Of a DNA stretch of 41,106 bases, positions 32,769 through 41,106 are shown piece by piece; the stretch's first letter is position 1, and each line of letters starts with the position of its first letter. Under the pieces are notes generated by a model. The model saw only the letters and a program-made list of their open reading frames with translations, had not been told where the DNA came from and did no database searches. Origin of the DNA: Spirochaetota bacterium (GTDB taxonomy: Bacteria > Spirochaetota > GWE2-31-10 > MWDO01); NCBI GenBank assembly GCA_035406685.1, contig DAONLM010000001.1:1-41106 (forward strand), read 5' to 3'. Made by a program: the position numbers and the translations under genes.

Positions 32769-35273
32769 ATGTTTTTTAGAAAAAATTTTATTAAAACATT
32801 TACTATTTTTTTTATCTTAATTTTTTCTCTTTGCTGTAAAAATAAAGAACCTTCAATAGATAGACCTAATTTAGATAAAAAAGAAATTAATGTTATAATG
32901 GATAATAACTATCCCCCTTATATTTTTCTTGATGAGAATAATAACTTAAAAGGGATTTTAATAGATCAATGGCATCTCTGGGAGAAAAAGACCGGTATAA
33001 AAGTAAACATTGTTGCTACAGACTGGATAGAGGCACAGAATCTTATGAAACAGGGAAAATTTGATGTTATTGATACTATTTTTAAAACAGAGGAGAGACT
33101 TAAAATATATGATTATTCAAAGCCTTATGCAAAAATAAGAGTTCCGATTTTTTATCATAAAAATATCTCTGGCATAATTGATGCTCCTTCTCTTAAAGGT
33201 TTTAATGTTGCTGTAAAGGAAGGGGATGCATGTATTGATGTATTAAAAAGTTATTCTATTACTAATCTTATTGAGTATAAGTCTTATGAAGATATAATAA
33301 AGGCAGCAAAAAATAGAGATGTTGTGATATTTGTTGTAGATGAATCACCTGTCTATTATTTTATGTATAAATATGGAATTCAGAATGAGTTTAAGGATAG
33401 CCCCCCTTTATATACTGGAGAGTTTCATAGAGCAGTCTTAAAAGGTAATAAAGATCTATTAAATTTAATAGAATATGGTTTTGCTCAAATATCAAAAAAA
33501 GAATATAATGAAATAGAGGAAAAGTGGTTTGGGAAAAATAAGGTTGAATTTAATTTAAAATATTTTTTATTGTTTTCTGGCATTTTTTTAGGTAGTATTG
33601 TTCTATTTTTTATAATTTTATTTTTAATGATGTTCTGGAATTTCAGTTTAAAAAATATTGTAAATGCAAGAACTTTTGAATTAAGAAATGAGATAGAGAA
33701 AAATTTAAAGATACAAAAGGAGTTAGAGGAGAGTAAAAGACTTTATAAATTATTATCAGAAATAACATCCGATGCCGCAAGTCTTCTCACAATTCAGCCA
33801 GACGGATCTTTTAAAAGGGAATGGTATACTACTGCTTTAATAGTAGAGTATGGTTATAAGATGGAAGATATTGATTCTTTTGAAAAATGGGCAAAAATTG
33901 TTTATAAAGATGACATAGATATATATAAAAACGGCATTAAGAGAGTTCTAAATGGAGAAAAGGTTTCAGTAGATTTAAGAATAGTTAAAAGTGATAATAA
34001 AATAAGATGGATTAATAACACGGTTATTCCCATAAAGAATATAGAGAGTGGTAGAGTAGAAAGATTATTGATTTCTATAAAAGACATTACAGATAGAAAA
34101 AGGATAGAAGAGGAATTAAGATTGGCAAAGGAAGAGGCAGAAAGACTTGCTAATATTAAGAGCCAATTTTTATCCAATATGAGTCATGAAATACGAAATC
34201 CTTTAAACGGTATATTGGGTATGATAAATATGTTAATAAAAACAGATCTTTCTGATACTCAAAAAGAGTATATCGATATGCTTAAAACATCGAGTGAGAC
34301 GCTATTAAATATAGTTAACGACATTCTTGATCTTGCTAAAATAGAGGCTGGTAAAAGAGTAATAAGAAATGAAGTGATAAAAATAAAAAATCTCTGTCTT
34401 GGTCTTGTTAATTCTTTTAAAATAGCAACAGAAAGTAAAAATCTAAAACTCAATTTTATTTATGATAATGACTTACCTAAATATATAATTGGTGATCCTT
34501 CCTGTTTGAATCAGATCTTTCTTAATCTATTAAGCAATGCTGTTAAATTCACAGAAAAAGGTGGAATTACTTTTGAAGTAAAAAAGATAAAAGAGGATGA
34601 AAAAACAGTCGATATTGTTTTTATTGTTAAGGATACTGGAATTGGTATTCCAAATGATAAATTGAATGATATTTTTGGGAAATTTATTCAACTCGAAACA
34701 TCCTATAATAAAAAATATAAGGGGACTGGACTTGGACTAACAATAGTTAAGGAGATTATTGATCTTTTGGGAGGAGAAATCATTGTTGAGAGTAAGGAGA
34801 AAGAGGGAACTACATTTTTAATAAAATTAAAATTTGAGAAGTATAATTATGAAGTAATAGAGAATAAAAAGGATGAGGCTAAGGCCATCATTAATGAAAA
34901 AGAGTATAATATAATAATTGCAGAGGATAATGCGATAAATTATCTATTTCTGGAAGCAATGTTAAAGGATAAAGCTTATAATGTATTTGGGGCAAAGAAT
35001 GGCAAAGAGGTTCTGGATTTAGTAGAAAAAAATAAGATTGATCTTATATTGATGGATATACAAATGCCAGTCTTAAATGGTATTGATTGCACAAAAATTT
35101 TAAGAAATGAGAAAAAATTTAAAAATCCAATAGTGGCACTAACCGGTTATACAATGCCAGAGGATTTAAAGGTGTTTAAAGATGCTGGAGTGGATGACTA
35201 TATAATTAAGCCAATAGATGAGAATGAAACACTGAAAAAAATTGTAAAATTACTATTGACTTTAAATAAATAA
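32769..35273 (+). CDS. Hybrid sensor histidine kinase (periplasmic solute-binding domain, TM, PAS, HisKA, HATPase_c, REC)
   Basis: It has lipobox/signal FSLCC and an SBP_bac_3-like N-terminal domain followed by a transmembrane segment. It also has the H-box SNMSHEIRNPLNG, LLSNAVKFT, DTGIGI, GTGLGL and a receiver domain with DLILMDIQMP. Confidence 0.88.
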   Translation: MFFRKNFIKTFTIFFILIFSLCCKNKEPSIDRPNLDKKEINVIMDNNYPPYIFLDENNNLKGILIDQWHLWEKKTGIKVNIVATDWIEAQNLMKQGKFDVIDTIFKTEERLKIYDYSKPYAKIRVPIFYHKNISGIIDAPSLKGFNVAVKEGDACIDVLKSYSITNLIEYKSYEDIIKAAKNRDVVIFVVDESPVYYFMYKYGIQNEFKDSPPLYTGEFHRAVLKGNKDLLNLIEYGFAQISKKEYNEIEEKWFGKNKVEFNLKYFLLFSGIFLGSIVLFFIILFLMMFWNFSLKNIVNARTFELRNEIEKNLKIQKELEESKRLYKLLSEITSDAASLLTIQPDGSFKREWYTTALIVEYGYKMEDIDSFEKWAKIVYKDDIDIYKNGIKRVLNGEKVSVDLRIVKSDNKIRWINNTVIPIKNIESGRVERLLISIKDITDRKRIEEELRLAKEEAERLANIKSQFLSNMSHEIRNPLNGILGMINMLIKTDLSDTQKEYIDMLKTSSETLLNIVNDILDLAKIEAGKRVIRNEVIKIKNLCLGLVNSFKIATESKNLKLNFIYDNDLPKYIIGDPSCLNQIFLNLLSNAVKFTEKGGITFEVKKIKEDEKTVDIVFIVKDTGIGIPNDKLNDIFGKFIQLETSYNKKYKGTGLGLTIVKEIIDLLGGEIIVESKEKEGTTFLIKLKFEKYNYEVIENKKDEAKAIINEKEYNIIIAEDNAINYLFLEAMLKDKAYNVFGAKNGKEVLDLVEKNKIDLILMDIQMPVLNGIDCTKILRNEKKFKNPIVALTGYTMPEDLKVFKDAGVDDYIIKPIDENETLKKIVKLLLTLNK

Positions 35274-35309
35274 TTTAATAATTTCTTTTCTAAAAAATGG
35301 AGGAATTTT

Positions 35310-36041
35310 ATGAGCAAAAGAGCACTTGTTACTGGTGGAAGTCGTGGTATTGGTAGAGCGATAAGTATAATGCTTGCAAAAAATGGATTTGAGGTTATTA
35401 TAAATTATAAGAGCAATAAAGAGTCAGCAATGGAGACAAAACTTGAAGTAGAAAATTTAGGGGCAAAATGTTCTCTATTGCAATTTGATATATCTGATTT
35501 TAAGAATGCTTACAAAATAATCGAAGAAGAGATAGCAACAAATGGTAAAATTGATGTTCTTGTATTCAATGCTGGCATTAGAAGGGATTCTCTTTTTCCA
35601 GTAATGAAAGAGGAAGATTGGGATAGTGTAATTGATGTTAATTTAAAGAGTTTTTATTATATTACCAAGCCAGTTATAAAATCAATGTTTGAGAATAAGT
35701 ATGGTAAGATAGTTGTTGTTAGTTCTACTTCTGGTCAGACTGGTATGCCGGGACAGGTTAACTATTGTGCTTCAAAATTTGGACTCATAGGGGCGGCAAA
35801 GTCTCTTGCAGTTGAGCTTGCAAGAAGGGGGATTAATGTAAATATTGTTGCACCAGGCTTTATTGATACAGAGATGACAAAGGATTTACAGGATAAATTT
35901 GAAGAGATTAAAAAGACTATTCCGATAAGAAGAATAGGGAGTGTAGAAGATGTTGCAAATGCTGTTGAGTTTTTAGTAAGTGATAAAGCAGATTACATAG
36001 TTGGCCAGATAATTGCTGTTAATGGTGGATTGTTGACATAA
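35310..36041 (+). CDS. fabG: 3-oxoacyl-ACP reductase (SDR family)
   Basis: It has ALVTGGSRGIGRAI, NAGI, the catalytic YCASKFG and the PGFIDTEMT motif. Confidence 0.8.
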   Translation: MSKRALVTGGSRGIGRAISIMLAKNGFEVIINYKSNKESAMETKLEVENLGAKCSLLQFDISDFKNAYKIIEEEIATNGKIDVLVFNAGIRRDSLFPVMKEEDWDSVIDVNLKSFYYITKPVIKSMFENKYGKIVVVSSTSGQTGMPGQVNYCASKFGLIGAAKSLAVELARRGINVNIVAPGFIDTEMTKDLQDKFEEIKKTIPIRRIGSVEDVANAVEFLVSDKADYIVGQIIAVNGGLLT

Positions 36042-36096
36042 ATATTTAAATTGTTTTTCCTTTCTATTCAATTCTTAATATTCATAAAGGGTATGT

Positions 36097-38121
36097 ATGT
36101 ATAAGAATCTATTTTTAATATTTTTCTTTTTGATAATAGCATCGTGCAATAATTATTATCCATTGGATAAATTAAACGATAGAGTAATTGACTCAAATGG
36201 GCAGATCTTTAAAGAGAGTTTAAAGGATGTAAAGGTTCAGGATATTGCTAAATATATAACTGATAAAAATTATTACTATTTTTATGGGCTAATTTATTAT
36301 AATAACTTTGGTCTTGATAAATGGAGTAGCTATTTTTTTATTCAGGCAATATCAACAGACAATCTTTTTAAAAAAGAGGCTTTTAATTCTTTATTAAAGA
36401 TTTATATTAAAGAAAAAAATTGGGAGAATTTAAGACTTCTTTTTATAAATTATGGAGATTTTATAGATGAACAATATCTTTATACTGTAAGGTGGTTTAT
36501 TGATGGCATAAAACCAGAAAATTTTTTAAATTTTCCACAAGATATAGATTTTTTAAACATTATTGAATATATTATTGAAGTAAATGAGGAATATTTTAAG
36601 AATAATGAAGAATCTTATTTAAAAAATTATCTATATTCTTTACTATTTAAAAATACAGATAATGAGAATTTTAAAAATTTTATTGCAAAGATTGTTACTA
36701 TTAAAGAGGATCCTATTTTTAAATTAATATACTCTTTTCTTAGCAATGATAAAAAAGAGTTCAAAGATAATTTAAAATCCTCACTATCTTCTGCCTCTTC
36801 TTATGAAGATTTTGATAATATAAGAGAGATGGCTATAAAATTAAATTGTAAAAAATATTTATTTAAAGAGTTAGATGATATTTATAAAAGAAGCATATAT
36901 GCAGAATATTTTTATGTTATTGATAATTTAAGATATGGAAATAATAATGGTACTCTTCTATGTAAGGAATTTCTTAAAAAAATCAATCAATACAAAAACG
37001 ATCCTTTTTATAATGAGATGGATTATAATATAAGGCAGATAATTCTTAATAAAGAAGTCTCCTTTAATGAAAAATGGCTTTCTGATGTTATATCTCTTGT
37101 AAATGATTATCCGGATAAATATAGTTCTTTATCTTTATTGAATCTTGCTGTAAGGAGTGCTATTTATCAAAAAAAGATTGATATTTTACTGAAAAACATT
37201 GATAAGATTGATTTTAATAGACTGGAAGAATACAATAGAACCTCTCTTTTTTATGCTCTTTATCTTATTGATAAAAATAAAGAAAAATGGAAAAATCTAC
37301 TCGAACAGTATCCTATTTCTTATGGGTATTTAAAGATAAACAATGGAGTTGATCCTGATAAAATATTAAAAGAAAAAAAGAAATTCAATAATGAAGATTT
37401 TTCTGAATATGGTAGAATTTTTTCTAAAAAGCTTGATTATTATCTTTTATTTAATAATACGACAATTGTCGCACAAATAAAGGAAAATAAAGAACTTAAT
37501 GATACGGATCGATATGATATTTATTGTAAATTGCATTCGTACTTTTTAAAAAAAGAGAACTATTATGAGGCTGTCAGGTATGCTATATTAGCAGCCATTT
37601 CTCTTTATGGGGAGGATTTAAAAAAGATAGATGTTGAGACATTAAAGAGTATGTTTCCTTTTCATTATAAGGATCTGGTTTTTAAATATTCAAAAGAGAA
37701 TGATATAGATCCAGCACTCTGTTATGGGGTAATTAGAGAAGAGAGTAGATATAGTGCGACAATTGTCTCAGTTGCAAATGCCATAGGGTTAATGCAGATA
37801 ATCCCAAAAACAGCAAAATTTATTGCTTCTAAGTTAGGAATGGAATATTATGATTTAACATCACCAGCAGATAATATAAGGATTGGGACTTTTTATTTAA
37901 AGTTTTTAAGAGAGCACTATTTTAAAGAGATTGGTTTTATTCTGGCAAGTTATAATGCAGGTCAGGGAAAAACAAAAAGTTGGTATAATAGTTATAAAGA
38001 TTTTTCAGAGGATATAATTTATGAATTAATACCAGTTGATGAGACAAGAAATTATATAAGAAAAGTTTTAAGAAGTTACTATATTTATTATTATCTTATA
38101 AAGATAGAGACAAATAAGTAA
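36097..38121 (+). CDS. Lipoprotein lytic transglycosylase (Slt70-like: helical N-domain plus C-terminal SLT domain)
   Basis: It has lipobox IIASC. The C-terminus has the SLT motifs VIREESRYS, AIGLMQIIP and SYNAGQG. Confidence 0.8.
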   Translation: MYKNLFLIFFFLIIASCNNYYPLDKLNDRVIDSNGQIFKESLKDVKVQDIAKYITDKNYYYFYGLIYYNNFGLDKWSSYFFIQAISTDNLFKKEAFNSLLKIYIKEKNWENLRLLFINYGDFIDEQYLYTVRWFIDGIKPENFLNFPQDIDFLNIIEYIIEVNEEYFKNNEESYLKNYLYSLLFKNTDNENFKNFIAKIVTIKEDPIFKLIYSFLSNDKKEFKDNLKSSLSSASSYEDFDNIREMAIKLNCKKYLFKELDDIYKRSIYAEYFYVIDNLRYGNNNGTLLCKEFLKKINQYKNDPFYNEMDYNIRQIILNKEVSFNEKWLSDVISLVNDYPDKYSSLSLLNLAVRSAIYQKKIDILLKNIDKIDFNRLEEYNRTSLFYALYLIDKNKEKWKNLLEQYPISYGYLKINNGVDPDKILKEKKKFNNEDFSEYGRIFSKKLDYYLLFNNTTIVAQIKENKELNDTDRYDIYCKLHSYFLKKENYYEAVRYAILAAISLYGEDLKKIDVETLKSMFPFHYKDLVFKYSKENDIDPALCYGVIREESRYSATIVSVANAIGLMQIIPKTAKFIASKLGMEYYDLTSPADNIRIGTFYLKFLREHYFKEIGFILASYNAGQGKTKSWYNSYKDFSEDIIYELIPVDETRNYIRKVLRSYYIYYYLIKIETNK

Positions 38122-38272
38122 AAAAAATACATTTTTGTATTTCTTCAGTTATAAATACATTTTTGTTTTATATGCCTTAAAGAAGTTTTGTATATTTTAA
38201 TTTTAATTTTAAATAGAATATAATAATTTTGCATTATTTGGGATATATTTTTTAAAAAATATAATAAGTTTT

Positions 38273-38301
38273 TTGACAACATTAAGATTTTTAAGTATAT
38301 A
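38273..38301 (+). promoter_or_regulatory. Sigma70-type promoter upstream of the GS-III gene
   Basis: TTGACA (38273..38278), 17 nt, TATATA (38296..38301). It matches the secA promoter at 24 of 29 positions. Confidence 0.5.
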
Positions 38302-38329
38302 TTTAAAAATTAAGATGAGTTTTAGTTAT

Positions 38330-38345
38330 TGGCATATTAATTGCT
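38330..38345 (+). promoter_or_regulatory. Sigma54 (-24/-12)-like promoter element upstream of the GS-III gene
   Basis: TGGCATATTAATTGCT fits TGGCAC-N5-TTGCW with correct GG/GC spacing. It would give a leader of about 38 nt containing GAAGGAG before the ATG at 38394. Confidence 0.45.
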
Positions 38346-38393
38346 TATTATAGATGTAAAAAATTTTATTTTTTAAAGTGAAGGAGTAACATT

Positions 38394-40502
38394 ATGTCAA
38401 ATCCAATGGATTTTTTTGGTGAAAATGTATTTAGTGAAAAGGTGATGAAAGAGAGACTTCCAAAAGAGGTCTTTAAATCATTAAAGAAGACTATTGATGA
38501 AGGTATTCCACTTGATCCTAAGATTGCCGATGTTGTTGCTAATGCAATGAAGGACTGGGCAATTGAAAAAGGGGCTACTCACTATACTCACTGGTTTCAA
38601 CCTTTAACAGGTATGACAGCAGAAAAGCATGATTCTTTTATAAATCCAGTAGGCGATGGGACTGTAATATATGAATTTTCTGGTAAACAGCTTATTCAGG
38701 GTGAGCCAGATGCCTCCTCTTTTCCTTCTGGCGGCTTAAGGGCAACATTTGAGGCAAGAGGATATACTGCATGGGATTGTACTTCACCAGCCTTTATAAA
38801 AGAAGATTCTTCTGGTGGGAAAACTCTTTATATACCTACTGCTTTTTGTTCATATAATGGTGAGGCTCTTGATAAAAAAACCCCTTTATTAAGAGCAAAT
38901 GTTGCCATTAATAAGCATGCTTTAAGATTATTAAGAGCCCTTGGCAATACCACTTCAAAGAGTGTAAAAGCAACAGTTGGGCCTGAACAGGAATATTTTC
39001 TTATAGATAAGACATTTTATGAACAGAGGCTTGATCTTATTTTAACCGGCAGGACTCTTTTTGGAGCAAAACCACCAAAGGGACAGGAACTTGAGGATCA
39101 ATATTTTGGCTCTATAAAAGATAGAATTTCATCTTTCATGATTGATCTTGATAAAGAGTTATGGAAAATGGGTATTACCTCAAAGACAAAACATAATGAG
39201 GTTGCGCCAGCACAATATGAGATGGCACCAATATTTTTTTTTGTAAATATAGCAGCAGATCATAATCAATTGGTTATGGAGACAATGCAGAGAGTTGCTT
39301 TAAGACATAATTTAGTATGCCTGCTTCATGAAAAGCCTTTTGCAGGGGTGAACGGATCTGGTAAGCATAATAACTATTCATTAGGAACAGATGATGGTAT
39401 AAATCTCTTTGATCCAGGTCATACGCCACAGGAAAATCTTGTCTTTCTTGCATCCCTTGCAGCTTTATTAAAAGCAGTTGATACTCATTCTGATATATTA
39501 AGAGCAACAGCGGCAAGTGCTGGCAATGATCATAGATTGGGCGCTAATGAGGCACCACCGGCAATTATTTCTATCTTTTTAGGCGATGCTCTTACAAATC
39601 TATTAGAACAGATAGCATCTGGCAAAGAGATTAACTATCAGGGCAAGAGCAATTTAAAAATAGGAGTGGATACTTTACCAGAGTTGCCAAAGGATAATAC
39701 AGATAGAAATAGAACAAGTCCACTTGCCTTTACTGGAAATAAGTTTGAGTTTAGAATGGTAGGTTCCTCATTTTCAATAGCAGGTCCAAATGTTGCTTTA
39801 AATACTATTTTAGCAGAGGCAATGGATGAGATCGCAACAAGATTGGAAAAGACAACAGATAAAAAGAGCGAAGTAATCAATATTGTAAGAGAGTATTATA
39901 CAAAACATAAGAGAATAGTATTTAATGGAAACAACTATTCAGAAGAGTGGGTTAAAGAGGCAGAGAAGAGAGGGCTACCAAATAAAAAGAATACCCCGGA
40001 TGCTTTAAAGTCTTTTGTTACTGAGAAAGCCTTTAATCTATTCGCAAAGTATAATATTTTTACAAGAGAAGAGTTAAAATCAAGATATGATATCTATCTT
40101 GAACAGTATTGTAAAGTTATTAATATTGAAGGCAAGACTGCGGTTAGAATGGTAAAGACTCAATATATTCCAGCAGTTATTAAGTATCAAAATATTCTTT
40201 CTGAAAATATTTTAAAATTAAAAGAAATAGGTGTTTCAGTTGAATCTCAGAGTAATTTATTAAAAAATATTGGTTCTTTACTGGATAAGTGTTATAAAAA
40301 AGTAGAAGAGATAGAGAAATCATTGGAAAAGGCTCATTCAACTGGTGACATTGAAAAAGAGGCTATTATATTCAGAGATGAGGTATTGACTGGCATTACA
40401 GAATTAAGAGAGTATATAGACACTCTTGAAATTCTTATTCCAGATGAATTCTGGCCAGTACCAACTTATGTAGAAATGTTATTTCTTTCTGCAATTTATT
40501 AA
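38394..40502 (+). CDS. glnN: Glutamine synthetase type III
   Basis: 702 aa. It has the N-terminal [22 protein letters not shown] signature of GS-III, then [16 protein letters not shown] and [18 protein letters not shown] catalytic-core motifs. Confidence 0.92.
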   Translation: MSNPMDFFGENVFSEKVMKERLPKEVFKSLKKTIDEGIPLDPKIADVVANAMKDWAIEKGATHYTHWFQPLTGMTAEKHDSFINPVGDGTVIYEFSGKQLIQGEPDASSFPSGGLRATFEARGYTAWDCTSPAFIKEDSSGGKTLYIPTAFCSYNGEALDKKTPLLRANVAINKHALRLLRALGNTTSKSVKATVGPEQEYFLIDKTFYEQRLDLILTGRTLFGAKPPKGQELEDQYFGSIKDRISSFMIDLDKELWKMGITSKTKHNEVAPAQYEMAPIFFFVNIAADHNQLVMETMQRVALRHNLVCLLHEKPFAGVNGSGKHNNYSLGTDDGINLFDPGHTPQENLVFLASLAALLKAVDTHSDILRATAASAGNDHRLGANEAPPAIISIFLGDALTNLLEQIASGKEINYQGKSNLKIGVDTLPELPKDNTDRNRTSPLAFTGNKFEFRMVGSSFSIAGPNVALNTILAEAMDEIATRLEKTTDKKSEVINIVREYYTKHKRIVFNGNNYSEEWVKEAEKRGLPNKKNTPDALKSFVTEKAFNLFAKYNIFTREELKSRYDIYLEQYCKVINIEGKTAVRMVKTQYIPAVIKYQNILSENILKLKEIGVSVESQSNLLKNIGSLLDKCYKKVEEIEKSLEKAHSTGDIEKEAIIFRDEVLTGITELREYIDTLEILIPDEFWPVPTYVEMLFLSAIY

Positions 40503-40517
40503 TAAGTTTTAATCTTT

Positions 40518-40555
40518 AAAAGGCATTCTTCAAAAAAGAATGCCTTTTTTTATTT
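40518..40555 (+). terminator. Rho-independent terminator after glnN
   Basis: A 13-bp stem AAAAGGCATTCTT/AAGAATGCCTTTT with a 5-nt loop, followed by a T-run. Confidence 0.85.
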
Positions 40556-40662
40556 TAACTTATCTTTCCCATAGATCTTTTTTAATAATATATTTAAAAT
40601 TTTATTATTTTTTTGAGAAATAGAAAATGGTTTTTGATTAAATTTATTCAAAAAAAAAAAGC

Positions 40663-40681
40663 GCAATTTTATTTTTAGTCA
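40663..40681. repeat. IR-R of cassette copy E (element on the minus strand)
   Basis: GCAATTTTATTTTTAGTCA is the reverse complement of TGACTAAAAATAAAATTGC. It matches the ends found after copies A, B and D. Confidence 0.65.
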
Positions 40682-40777
40682 GTTAAAAAAAATAGAATTA
40701 TCCTAAGGGTTAATTTTATTTGAGAAATAATTGTAATAGTGTTATTTATTTTTTGGTAGAATTTAAAATAAATTTTT

Positions 40778-41106
40778 TCAATAATAGGTCTCAAATCCTA
40801 TTACCTGATAGCAATCGTTGTAGATTGCCTTGTAAAAGGGCGTGGTATTCCCTTCAAACTGGGATAATTCTCTGCTCTTATTCCACTTTTTTATCTTTGT
40901 TAGTCTCAAAAATAACTTTAATGTTACTATACTACACTTCATCTCAACCCCGGTAATGCCTAATTTCTCGTATTCTTCAAGGAAGAGTAGGATAATTCTC
41001 CTCAGTAAAACACCCATGCTGAAAAAATTAAGATCAGCATGGATCTTTTTTAAAAAACGATAGTCCTGTTTGGAAACATATATATGAATTCTCGCATCTC
41101 CATCTA
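40778..41106 (-). CDS. Tandem ribbon-helix-helix-like small protein, family copy E (N-terminus runs off the window end)
   Basis: The minus-strand frame stays open beyond the listed Met. Upstream codons read ..DGDARIHIYVSKQDYRFLKKIHADLNFFSMGVLLRRI.., colinear with copies A and D. It ends CYQVIGFETYY*. Confidence 0.8.
   Translation of the reverse strand, partial: DGDARIHIYVSKQDYRFLKKIHADLNFFSMGVLLRRIILLFLEEYEKLGITGVEMKCSIVTLKLFLRLTKIKKWNKSRELSQFEGNTTPFYKAIYNDCYQVIGFETYY

Noticed and set aside
40590-40625. AAATTTTATTATTTTTTTGAGAAATAG as an extra solo IR-L-like end near copy E
   Set aside because: The match to GATTTTATTTTGAGGCAA is only loose, and the sequence is built from A/T runs common throughout the spacers. 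I cannot distinguish it from chance.
1-41106. CRISPR arrays, tRNA/rRNA/tmRNA/RNase P genes, prophage or known defence-system genes
   Set aside because: There are no short regularly spaced repeats. Intergenic regions are too AT-rich and unstructured for stable RNA genes, with no cloverleaf-like G+C patches. No integrase, portal, terminase, restriction, Cas, Abi or similar motifs were recognised in any ORF.

Overview
This is a strongly AT-rich bacterial chromosomal segment, roughly 70% A+T by eye, of uncertain lineage. Several lipoboxes, an M30-like peptidase and a DUF1564-like family hint at a spirochaete-like or other anaerobic lineage, but I cannot establish that. Most of the window is ordinary housekeeping or accessory coding sequence. 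It includes secA, rpmI-rplT, a zapB-like/zapA pair, def, an rRNA m5C methyltransferase, a moaA-moaC-MOSC-moaB cluster, murA, fabG, a type III glutamine synthetase, two histidine kinases, an Slt-type transglycosylase and a 1037-aa repeat-rich surface protein. I recognised no rRNA, tRNA, CRISPR array, transposase, integrase or known defence genes.

Two signals stand out beyond the gene list.

(1) There are five paralogous copies of a small gene of about 170-180 aa. Its product looks like two fused ribbon-helix-helix modules. Each complete copy sits in a 0.7-0.8 kb cassette with a highly conserved 5' non-coding module and roughly 18-23 bp terminal inverted repeats. One copy also has 27-nt flanking direct repeats. 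The window starts and ends inside two inverted copies. Complete copies lie in divergent promoter regions, just upstream of consensus sigma70 promoters.

(2) The 10-bp palindrome GACAATTGTC is heavily over-represented, with 9 exact copies plus near-copies and half-sites. The extended form is RTRSGACAATTGTCSYAY. It occurs in intergenic DNA and inside at least six unrelated genes, usually in one frame (Thr-Ile-Val) and with codons that look rare for this AT-rich sequence. A second palindrome core, GGGATATC(CC), also recurs, including three boxes at exactly 22-bp spacing.

Smaller points are a MurA with Asp in place of the fosfomycin-target Cys, a tandem sigma70 plus sigma54-like promoter pair before the GS-III gene, and a P-loop/Asp23 fusion gene heading an operon with DUF1361, FHA, kinase and HAD genes.

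All functional calls come from motif recognition by eye. No database search was run.
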